A stretch of 64,000 bases of DNA from Octopus sinensis (Eukaryota), in the NCBI RefSeq assembly GCF_006345805.1, contig NC_043000.1:40610001-40674000 (forward strand), read 5' to 3'. The notes below the pieces were generated by a model. It saw only the letters and a program-made list of their open reading frames with translations. It was not told the origin of the DNA and ran no database searches. Numbering within the stretch: the first letter of the stretch is position 1; every line of letters begins with the position of its first letter. The position numbers were made by a program, and so were the translations under genes. Positions 53,075 through 64,000 of the stretch are shown piece by piece.

Positions 53075-54659
53075 GCACTGAAATTGTTTTATTTTATATG
53101 ATATTGTTATTATGGAGTGAGTGTTATTGTTATTGTTATTATTAGTTATTTAGATTTGCCAGGTTTCTTTTAGATCAAAGTTAGCTGCAATACCCATCGA
53201 GAAAGTAACAGATAAGTTCAATGGAATCAAACTGTTTACAATGAGAAATGCCAATGATGATGCTAAGACTGGTTTCACCCGGTCGGTTTGAATGATGTGG
53301 CTGTAAAACTTGCTCTGTGTAAGCATTCGACTTGTTTGGGCACGCTTACGTTAAAAAACAATTTTAGAATGACTTTTTTCTGTCAAAACGCTAAAAATAA
53401 CTGGCCAACAAAAATAACAAGATTTAACCAAATCAAAAAATAGACCCAAATACTTAGCAAAGATGAACCGTCCCACTTCCATTACGCGCGCACACGCACA
53501 CGCACACACAAACACACACACACACGCACACACATTCACATACACCATTTTACATACACACATATATTCACACAGAGTTGAATCGCTGTTTGATTTATTT
53601 TCTTCAACGTACAATTTTCATCATCCCACTACAAAGTATGACATCACCCCCTTCCTTCCTTATTCATCTATCACCCCTTCCTTTCTCATTCATAAACACA
53701 AGAGTATTATTATAGCAGATTGTCTTGGTAACCATGGGAGCTATGAAAAAATACAAAGCCCAGCATCACCACCGGGTCATTCTAGACATCTGTGTAATTT
53801 TTTGCGCAATTCTTGCCGTTTGACCGTGAATCCCAAGACAAGAAAGAACCGCCCATGTCAAATTTAGCTGTATGTATGCATGCATGTATATATGTATGCA
53901 TATATGTGTGCATCTTTGGATGTCTGTATGTATGTGTTTATGTATCTATGTATATATGCCTACATGTATGTATGCATCTACACATCTTTGAGTGTACGCA
54001 TGCATGCCACTGCCTGAATATGTATGTTTTGATGTATGTGTATATATACATATACATATGTATTATACATATGTTTGCATGTCTAAACTTGCATGCTAAA
54101 CTTCTGTAATGTTTCACAGATTTTCACAGTTTCATTAATGACTTGCAATTATCACTTTCTAATTAACCATGTCCTTTCTGTTTTGTAAAACACAGCTTCT
54201 CAACCCTTTTTAAGTAAAAAGTAAACGTGAAGTTGAAGAAAAAACAAAGAACGCAACATCCAGCAACAATAAGCATGTTTTCTATCATATCTTTTTTGCC
54301 ATCTTTGTTCCCTCCTATTTTATGTGAAGGTTAGCCTTCTCAGTCAACGTCATCAACATGGGCGAGTCACTCAGGAGGGAATTGACATTTTAGGACACAA
54401 AAAAGAACAAATGATGACGACATATACATGTGTGTGTATGTGCGAGTGAGTGTGTATGTGCGAGTGTGTGTGTGCATCCGTATATGAGTGTGTGTATGAG
54501 CGCATCCACGTGAGGGCCAGTGCGTGCATGCATGTGTATGTGTGTGTGCGTGTGTATGCGTATGTGTGTGCGTGTGTGTGTGTGTGGGGGGGTTGTTTTG
54601 CCGCCAGAATGATTGCACGTAGCGAAAAACTAAGTATAGATGGAGTGAATGATATATTT

Positions 54660-54985
54660 CGAAATGATGAGACCCCCTTCGGTCATGAATGACCATGGAT
54701 TGCACCTAGAAAGTTACCCTCCTAGGCACAAGTCCAGGCAAGGTTGTTCTTTTATGGAAGACCACCAGCCGCTCATGCATACCAGCCTCCCCTCTCCACG
54801 CAACCAGTGTTATCCAAGGGAAAGGCAAAGGCCGATACAGCTTGGCACTTGTGACGTCGCATTTCATTTCTACAGCTGAGTGAACTGGAGCAACGTCAAA
54901 TAAAGTGTCTTGCTCATGAACACAACACTCATAACCTCACGATCGTAAGCTCGACGCTCTAACTACTGAGCCATGCGCCTTCACT
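54660..54985 (-). mobile_element. SINE family C head with an alternative tail
   Basis: gtgaaggcgcatggctcagtagttagagcg...gagcaagacactttatt...cactcagctg shared with C; the 3' part differs. Confidence 0.75.
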
Positions 54986-55069
54986 GTAGATATCATTTCG
55001 AAATATCTACACAATATATATATTTATATACATACATATATATATATACATATATATATATATACATGC

Positions 55070-55130
<61 letters not shown>

Positions 55131-55267
55131 ATATAATATATATATATATATTATATATATACAATATATATATATATAATATAATATATATATATACATA
55201 TGTATGTATATACACATATATATATACATACGTATATATACATACGTATATATACATACTCATATTC

Positions 55268-55319
<52 letters not shown>

Positions 55320-55571
55320 ATTTATATGTATATATACATACACATGTGTTTGTGTGTGTGTGATTACGTAACAATAAATAATCAAGACGGTGAGCGTCTT
55401 ACAATGCAAAAAAGGAACGCATTGTAAGATGCTCTCCGTCTGTATTATTTGCTATGTTGCTTCTTTATCACAATGTTTCGAGCAAGCTACAATGCTTATT
55501 TCATTTATAATTAGACACACACGCACACACACGCGCGCGCGCGCACATACACTCACACACAAAGGCCAACA

Positions 55572-55572
55572 G

Positions 55573-55659
<87 letters not shown>

Positions 55660-55679
55660 CAGATAGATAAATAGATAGG

Positions 55680-55748
<69 letters not shown>

Positions 55749-55750
55749 GA
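55572..55750. repeat. (GATA)n tetranucleotide tract
   Basis: Directly visible; similar tracts at 22200-22280, 57445-57505 and 63447-63532. Confidence 0.95.
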
Positions 55751-56984
55751 TAGGTGTGTGTTGTGGGCATTCGTCTATTGTCGCATATTATTACACAATG
55801 GTTTATGCAAACGCAAGCAATACGTCCTTATGGTAGTTCGTTAACAATTCACTTAGCATTAGTGTCCATTACGATTTCGACGAAAGGCGGGAAGTTTTAA
55901 TATTCACGTTAGAAATAATATAACATTGGTGAATTGTAGAGGAAATGACATTTCCTCTTTAAACAGTTTTCTCGTTTGTTTTGTTTGTTTTGTGTTTCTG
56001 TCAATGTAATGCAGTAATAATATTGTATGATACAGTACAATAGTTTGTGATGCAGCATGAAAATAAACCGCTATTTATAGTTTACACAAGCAGAGTACAC
56101 TGCTATTGATTATAGAATCATATTAAAAAGTATTGCTTACTTTCCATATGTGGCGCGTTTCGCCTATTATGTTTCTTGTGGGTGGAGGAGGTGAAAAGTG
56201 TAAACGAAGGAGAATGAAGTTGTTTTAGTGCAAACAAATGCTTAATCCTATATAACAATAGCGTTTCTGGTTTTGTCGAGACATTGTCCCTTGAGTTTGT
56301 TCAGTCTCAAAAAGGTTTAAGGTATTGAAATCTATCGACCGATAAATGATTCTGTGTCACAAAGATTTATATACTTCAAAAGAAATTGAGGAATGGAAAA
56401 ATTTTCCTTCCCAGAAAACCAAGCGGGTGGTAGTACAATGATTTAAATGAATTATGATTAAGCCTTACGTGAGTAAAATCGGTGAAGCGACGGACAAAAT
56501 GCAAATTTCGGCCTTGCCTGTCGACAATCTGGTTTCTTACTTTTCTGCTACTTGCTTTCGAGTTCGTTCGACCTCTTGTGAACAGCAGCAGGAGATCACC
56601 GCCAAGTGTCAGAAAAAAACGAAATATCAGGTTGGTTAATAAAGTCTGCGGTATACTATACCTGAAAAATGTATAGAAATGCCATAGCATTCCTTTGCTT
56701 GATCAGAACTGAATTGTGGCTACGTAAAACTAATAACAACCAGTGGTGGAGGAAAGTATATCTCCATTATTGAACATTATGCAAAGGACTGCAGAAACAA
56801 TTGTAAACGCTAATGTTACAAACAATATCTGAAAAATTCTGAAGGAAGTTTTCAGGATTAACGCAAGTGATGAAGTTGAATTCGGTTTGAACACACAACG
56901 TAAACATCCGGAACAAATACAGCAAAGCATTTTTCCCGATGCTTTAAAGTCCTCATAACCAATTACATCCCATTTACTACTAAT

Positions 56985-57415
56985 AATGGTTTCAAATTTT
57001 GGCACCAGGCTAGAAATTTCAAGGGAGAGGATAAGTCGGTTACAATGACCCCAGTGCTCAACTGGCACTTATTTTATCGACCCCGAAAGGATGAAAGTCA
57101 AAGTCGATCTCGGCAGAATTTAGCTCAGAACGCTAAGCATTTTGCCCGGCGTGCTTACAATTCCGTCAGCTCGCCACCTTCTTTCACCCTCTTATAGTGG
57201 TTTCAAATTTTGGCACAAGGCCAGCAAGTCCGGGCGTGGGGATGAGTTGATTATGTCGACTCCAATTTTCAACTGGTACTTATTTTATCGACTCCGAAAG
57301 GATGAAAGGCAGTCGACTTCGGTGGAATTTCAAATCAGAAGGGTAAGGCAGACGAAATGTCGCAAATCATATCGCCCGGCGTGCTTTTGATTCTGTCAGC
57401 TCGTCGCCTTCCTTC
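56985..57415 (-). mobile_element. Two SINE A (variant 2) copies in tandem
   Basis: Repeated ggtttcaaattttggcac...ttatcgac(c/t)ccgaaaggatgaaag...tcagctcg blocks. Confidence 0.8.
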
Positions 57416-57442
57416 GCCCTTTAATATTAACCACAGCAACAG

Positions 57443-57506
<64 letters not shown>

Positions 57507-58133
57507 AAGAAAAACTCAAAGCAAATATATGTTGTTGTTATTATGTTAAACTATCGTATGTCCAAATTTGACCAAATGCAATTTTTTCAGTATTTATTTT
57601 TGCTTGCATTAGTCGGTTCTTTTGGTCAAACTATCATATCTCCAGCTGTTTCGGATGCCAAAATATCAAAAATTGTCAAAGTGTACTACAACGGTTTTGC
57701 TATGGAATGATGAAACTATTTTCTCCTTTTCTGAAAAAAGCAACGTTTTGGACTTAAGACACTTTTGCATAATAGCAACGATGTGATCATTAGAATTACT
57801 TCTCGAGCAGCTGGTATCTCTACCAACACCAACACTACCCTCAAAAATCAACAGCGCCGCCACCATTACCACCACCACCACCACCACCACCATCACTACA
57901 ACTAACACAACCACCGCACGTCCACCCAGCGAGCTGGTGTTATTATAAAGAAATTATGACGCTGACCTTATAACTTCAACCGACTAACAGACTAACTATG
58001 AGAAATGTTTGGCAGTGTTGGAAAATATCGACAAAGGGAGTGGCCCTCGCTGGCTAATTTAGTGACAGTTACATATACAGAGTAGATACAAGTCAACATT
58101 TAATGGCCTTATTACCATGTGAAACACAAGGGT

Positions 58134-58169
<36 letters not shown>

Positions 58170-58276
58170 CAGCAACAGTAGTAGTAGTTGTTGTTGTAGT
58201 TCTTGTGGTGGTGGTGGTGGTGGTAGTTGGTAGCAGCAACAGCGCTAAAAGTTGCATTTGGTGGTGGAAGTAGTAC

Positions 58277-58319
<43 letters not shown>

Positions 58320-60055
58320 TGTTGTTGTTGTTGTTGTTGTGGTGGTGGTGGTGGTTTAGCCACAGGTCAACCTTGATTGTTCAGATCTATATGATCAAAG
58401 TGTTTCCACCAGTGACCACCATGTCTTGTTTTTTGATCACCACACTCTCTATGTTGAAGCAACCTAAAGTGTAGGGATGCGATTCGAGGGCAATTAGTCT
58501 GTTATTTCTAGATGGATGGGTGGCCACGAAGCGATTCCAAGACTGACTCGTATAGTAGTTATTGTATTAGATTGTGGGTGGCAACAGAAATTGGGTAACA
58601 GAATATTGTTTATGTAGGAATGGACGCCGTTTCTATTCGCAGTTCGACATTTTGAATTTCTGCCAGATTTTATCAGCTGAGAGCGTGTGTGTGTGCGTGC
58701 GTGCGTGCGTGCGTGCGTGCGTGTGCATGTATGTGTATGTTAGCACACGAGTATTTGTGCTTGTAAATGTCCGTGTATGCTGATGAGTTGTGTCAAATGT
58801 GTGTGTGTGTGTAGCTCTAAGTATATATATCTATGTGTGTCTATATGTGTGTGGCGTCTGTGTCTGCGTGTGTGTTGGCATGTGAGTGCATATGTGTTAG
58901 AATGTGTGCTTCTAAAGTTATTGTGCATCAGTGTATAAGTGTGTGAGTGTATGTATATTTTTATGCATGTATGTGTAAAAAATTAGTATAAAGGATGAAC
59001 CCACATATAAACTGTAAGATTAGGAATATAGTCTATAGTATACTGAAGGACGGTACAAAAACAGGACAACATACATTGCGGAGACAGCATATAACTTAAG
59101 GGAGCAAGTAGGTGAAGACTGGCGGAGGCTCTATGAGAAAAGCTCGTTAATTAGAATATGGAGGCTCAGTTAATAACAATGATATTAAGATATTATCAAC
59201 AGATAGACAGACATGACACTTAGACAGATTACAGAGACCACACACATAGTAATAGATAGATCGAACCTCAACAGAAAGCACGAATGGAATAATAATACCC
59301 TTCCGCTCCACAACACTACGCAACCTGACCACTAAAGACAGAGTGAGAGAAGAAGAAAAAAGACATAGATACAAAGAGTATAGTACATAAACCCATACAC
59401 ACAAGTCACACCTGCACATACTAAAGGCGGTATGGGAAAAAATGAATGAATGAATAAATAAATATATTAGTAAAAAAACGAATAAAAAATAACTAAATAA
59501 AAGACATGGGTACAAGCAGTGTAGTAATCAAACCCATATACACGCACATAAAACACGCTAAACATATAGACACGCGCACACAGCTACAGACGCAAACGCA
59601 TGCGCAGATAAGGATACGCACCACAGAAAGATAGAATGAACTAAACAGACCGGGTAAAAGTATAAAAACTGCATCCCCTCTGCCAAGCCAGGTCGACCCA
59701 GAGTGGCAGAGTTGGCTCATCAAGCCAGTCTGGTTTCAAGCTCAAATTCTCTGCCTACACATCACACCGTGGCTGATGGAGAGGTCATGCTAAAGCATTC
59801 GACTTATAGTGGACTGAACATACGCCATCCAATCCATATCCGGGTATATACACATGCACACATACATGCATACACACACTCATACACACATGCACACAGA
59901 CACATACACACACACATATTTAATGAATGTCAAAGGAACAAGCGTTACGTACGCATTTTCATTGCCTTGCACTTGTTTCCGTTGTAAGCGAGCCAACAGA
60001 GCTGAATGTCAGTGCAATGTCTTATAGCTTTCTCGGCGCCATTTGAATGAATCAA

Positions 60056-60128
<73 letters not shown>

Positions 60129-60164
60129 ATTATTATAAATGCTTCATACCTCATGCATTATATG

Positions 60165-60206
60165 TGCGACTAATAGTTTCATGTACATAAGTACGTTCAT
60201 CAGGCG
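60165..60206 (-). ncRNA. Type I hammerhead ribozyme motif (intact core, GUC site)
   Basis: Minus strand: cgc-CTGATGA-acgtac(ttat)gtacat-GAAA-ct(att)ag-TC-gca. Confidence 0.72.
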
Positions 60207-60228
60207 CTGATTGAACATTTTCAATCAA

Positions 60229-60270
60229 CGCCTGATGAAAGTACTTATGCACGTGAAACTTTTAGTAGCG
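60229..60270 (+). ncRNA. Type I hammerhead ribozyme motif (intact core, GUA site)
   Basis: cgc-CTGATGA-aagtac(ttat)gcacgt-GAAA-ct(ttt)ag-TA-gcg. Stem I 3 bp, stem III 3 bp, stem II 4 of 6 paired. Confidence 0.72.
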
Positions 60271-60365
60271 CATATAATGCATGTAATGTGAAGCATTTAT
60301 AGTAATATTAGACTTTCATTAGATGGATTACTCTTCTTACTGATTTTTACACAAGTTAATTTCGT

Positions 60366-60424
<59 letters not shown>

Positions 60425-60780
60425 GTCCTTAGTCGAAAGACACCTGTTGTTATGTCCTGTTATTATTTCTATTGTATATTCTTTTTTTTGTATTTATATC
60501 TGTGTAACATTGTCCGTCTTTTACGTCCTTGTTTTTGTATACATTCGCGGCTTTCTTCCAAGGAATCTAATGCCCTTAGCTTAGTTTTTCCTTGGGGCTG
60601 GCCAGATTTGAGCAACCTGAAGTAAAACCAGCTGAAATTGCGAGGATAATCTGGTGCTTGACTGAGGAAAGAAAACTCCGAATGATCTGTCCTTGTTTTC
60701 TTTGTATCGTCTATCTGGATTTTTTTGTATCATCTAGCTGTCCGGATGCTTTGCGTTCTTGTACCATCTTGTATTTTATA
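60425..60780 (+). repeat. Family F (pLTR-like) copy
   Basis: gtccttagtcgaaagacacctgttgtt...ctgaagtaaaaccagctgaaattgc...cttgactgagga. Confidence 0.6.
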
Positions 60781-60931
60781 TATACATACATATACATACA
60801 TACATACATACATACATACATACATACATACATACATACATACATACATACATACATACTCACATTCATACATACATACATACATAAATACATACATAAA
60901 TACATACATACATACATACATACATACATCA

Positions 60932-60963
<32 letters not shown>

Positions 60964-61100
60964 ATAAGGGTAGCTTAATCTCAATTTTAGAACTGAAAGG
61001 CAGAAATACATACGTCATTTAAAGTGACTAAGGGCACTAGTCAGCACCAGTATTGCCAGAAATAAGTCAGGAATACACACACACATCACAGACACACACA

Positions 61101-61166
<66 letters not shown>

Positions 61167-61793
61167 ACACACGAGCACGCAGATACATACATGCAAACAA
61201 TCAAACAAACAAATTTGCAAGCAGGCTGGAAGATAAGCGAAGCAGACAAATTATTTAGAAATATGGAGAAAGATGCGTACATAAATGAATAATCATAGAA
61301 AACTATCGAAAGTAAAAGAAAACTCAAGACAGCTGTGGACAAGCTCAGAACCCAGTAAGAATAGAACAGAATACATAACACGCGCGCATGCACACACACA
61401 CGAACACAGACATATGCGCACAAACAGATACATGAAGCAAGTGCATACAGACGTTTGCGTCAAATATTTTTGTGCACCCTCTTATTCCTGTACTAACATG
61501 CGCACACTCTTATACATTCACACACATGCTCACAGCCGCACATACACACACACACACACAAACACACACGCACACATACACACACACTTGTGCGCTTACA
61601 CACTAACATATTCATGCTTTTTAGCGCCTTTGATTATAAGGTCGTATCCATTAGAGCTGACCCGAGGTTACATCTACTGAGAAAAACACAGACAAACCTA
61701 GTTACTATTTAGCTCCAGGTCAGCTTGAATTGAGACACAGTGTATCTAGAACTACATTATCCAATGTGCAATTTCTTTTTGAAGATGCTAGTG

Positions 61794-62075
61794 GGAGGTA
61801 CTTAACCGAGGTCCGTATGGCCCTTGTGGGGTCCGTATAGCCCTCGTGTGGTCCATATAATATTTAGTCGTTGAAAATCATGTGCAAGAAATCGGTTATA
61901 TTTCTACAATACACTGAATATTTTAACAATTTATTTTATACAATTTCTAATAATTTTTAATAATAAAAATATAATGGAACTCTTTAAAACTTCAAATGGT
62001 GATGGGGGATCCTATAGAGGAAAACTAGAATCAAAGGGGTTCATATGTAAAAAAAAGAATAGTTAAGAAACACTG
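61794..62075. mobile_element. hAT (Buster/Charlie-like) MITE with 8 bp TSD
   Basis: TSD tgctagtg (61786-61793) / tgctagag (62076-62083), nnnTAnnn type. Right end gttaagaaacactg; repeated ggtccgtat sub-terminal motifs. Confidence 0.7.
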
Positions 62076-62334
62076 TGCTAGAGTGTTAGCTGAATGAGAT
62101 TTGGCTGCCATTTCTAACAGAGTGAACGACTGCGTTAAGGATTTTTCAGACTTGCAGAAACTCGGTTAAAACAGATAGAGAGGTATACGCGCGCACACAT
62201 ACTCCCAAATCTATGCTCATGCGCACACAAAGTCCTACACACCCATATTTTCACATTCATACGTACTTCCATATACACATACACACAACACTGTAATAGA
62301 GATAGTGAGAAAAGACTGAGAGGGAGAGATAGAT

Positions 62335-62367
<33 letters not shown>

Positions 62368-62622
62368 GAGAGAGGGGGGGGGGAAAACCTAATAATCAGA
62401 CATACATAGACATGCAAATAGATGATAGTAGAAAGAAAGAGAGAATGGATATAGGTTTTCAAGTTGATTATGTCATAAACGAGAAAAAGAGTGAATGAGC
62501 GAGAGAGAGAGAAAGAGTAATGGAAAATTAGCGTAAGGTGGTGGTGGTGGTGGTGGTGGCGAGTGAGAGAAGGAAAGAGAGAACAAAAACGTACAAAGAG
62601 AAGGGGAATAATAATCTCGGTA

Positions 62623-62686
<64 letters not shown>

Positions 62687-63445
62687 AAGAGATACATACA
62701 TACATACATATGGCTGCATGTATGTACATATATATATATGACGAAGTCACTTGGCTACTGAAATTAGGGTGGATCAATTGTGTTGATGACTCTTATTGAG
62801 GCAGAAACACATGGAGACGCCTGTCCTCTTAATGGTTCTCACCCCATTCTTCTATGTCTATCGAGACATGTATAATTCTCCCGTCTATTTAAACTGTCTT
62901 TCTTCTACTCTCTTTCTCTCCCCTCTTTTCTCTCTCTCTCTCATACACACACATACACGCACATTGAGAGTCAGATGGAGAGTTTGAGGAAGAAAGATAC
63001 AGACATTGACAGAAAGAGAGAATAACTTTAAAATGGGGGAAGATTATGGCCAGGCAGATAGATAAACAAAAGGGCTGAGTGGTAAAAAAGAGAGAGGTAT
63101 AATGAGAGGGGCGAGGTAGACAATCTGGGAGAGAAGGAGAGACAGAAGTGAATGAATGATAGCTAAAATAGACGATCACACAAACACACACACACACACA
63201 CACATACTCTCACACATACACATACACACAAACGTACATACACACGCCACATATACACACAAACACACGTACTTACACACACACGCTCACACACACATAC
63301 ATGCACGAAGACGAGAGGCATAGGTATATTTCTTTATTGGTCACGCAGGGCTGAACACAGAGGGGACAAAATACAAAGTAGAGCTCTTCTTTTTGGGAAG
63401 AAGGAAAAAAAAGTGGGTCGAATTCCGATCAAAGGGGATCGAGGC

Positions 63446-63533
<88 letters not shown>

Positions 63534-64000
63534 GGAGAGAGAGAGAGAAAGGTCAGGAAAGAGGAAAGAGATAATAGAATGCCATACATACAAAGATACC
63601 GAGAGACGGGATGAGAAAATAAGACCGACAGAGTAAAAGTAAGACAGATAAAGGTAAACAGTTAACGAGGTTTAAAAAACAAATTACAGTCACCATGACC
63701 AGAGGAACCAATGTGTCCTATTTTAAGATAGATTTCTCTGCTATTTTTAGCAAGTCGGGTGACTAGACAGACAGAAATATAATTATTATATAGAGATAGA
63801 CACATCGAGTTTGAGTTGAAGAGGTGGAAAGTCAGAGAGGGAGAGGGAGAGAGATCAGACATGGCTGCGTGGTTAGCAAGTTCGTTTGGCAGCTACAGGT
63901 TTCGGTCTCAGTCCTACAGCGCAGCGCTTGAAACAAGTGATTTCTATTCTAGTCCCGGGCCAACCAATGACTTGACTGAAGTCGGAACGCTGGAATTTTA

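Noticed and set aside
59688-59740. Pseudoknot-like pairing (ctctgcca/tggcagag, aagccag/ctggttt)
   Set aside because: Lacks HDV P3/L3 and J4/2 signatures; likely chance from a duplicated aagccag.
62781-62815. ttgatga-ctc(ttatt)gag-gca-gaaac hammerhead-like motif
   Set aside because: C3 missing, extra nucleotides before GAAA, no stem III or cleavage triplet.

Overview
Eukaryotic, repeat-saturated, apparently non-genic (intronic or intergenic) DNA. The extreme (TA)/(TG)/(TATG)/(TAA)/(GATA) microsatellite load and the SINE families look like octopus/cephalopod genome. That assignment is from memory of such repeats, not from a search. No host gene can be called with confidence, and most ORF-track entries are microsatellite artefacts. 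Supportable content: a 5'-truncated R4/Dong-type RLE retrotransposon in (TAA)n (26171-28709); an internally deleted Tc1 (16830-17845); a fold-back mariner with two 5' ends (22430-23308); a Penelope-like GIY-YIG relic (50811-51560); CR1/L2 and RTE relics; at least six MITE-like inverted-repeat elements; a Helentron-like relic; and three tRNA-derived SINE families, one forming 183-184 bp tandem concatemers. The most notable signal is about 11 hammerhead-ribozyme-like motifs of the minimal Penelope type. These include a near-perfect palindrome at 60128-60308 carrying one hammerhead with an intact catalytic core on each strand. Penelope-associated hammerheads are known in general. Activity and novelty here are untested.
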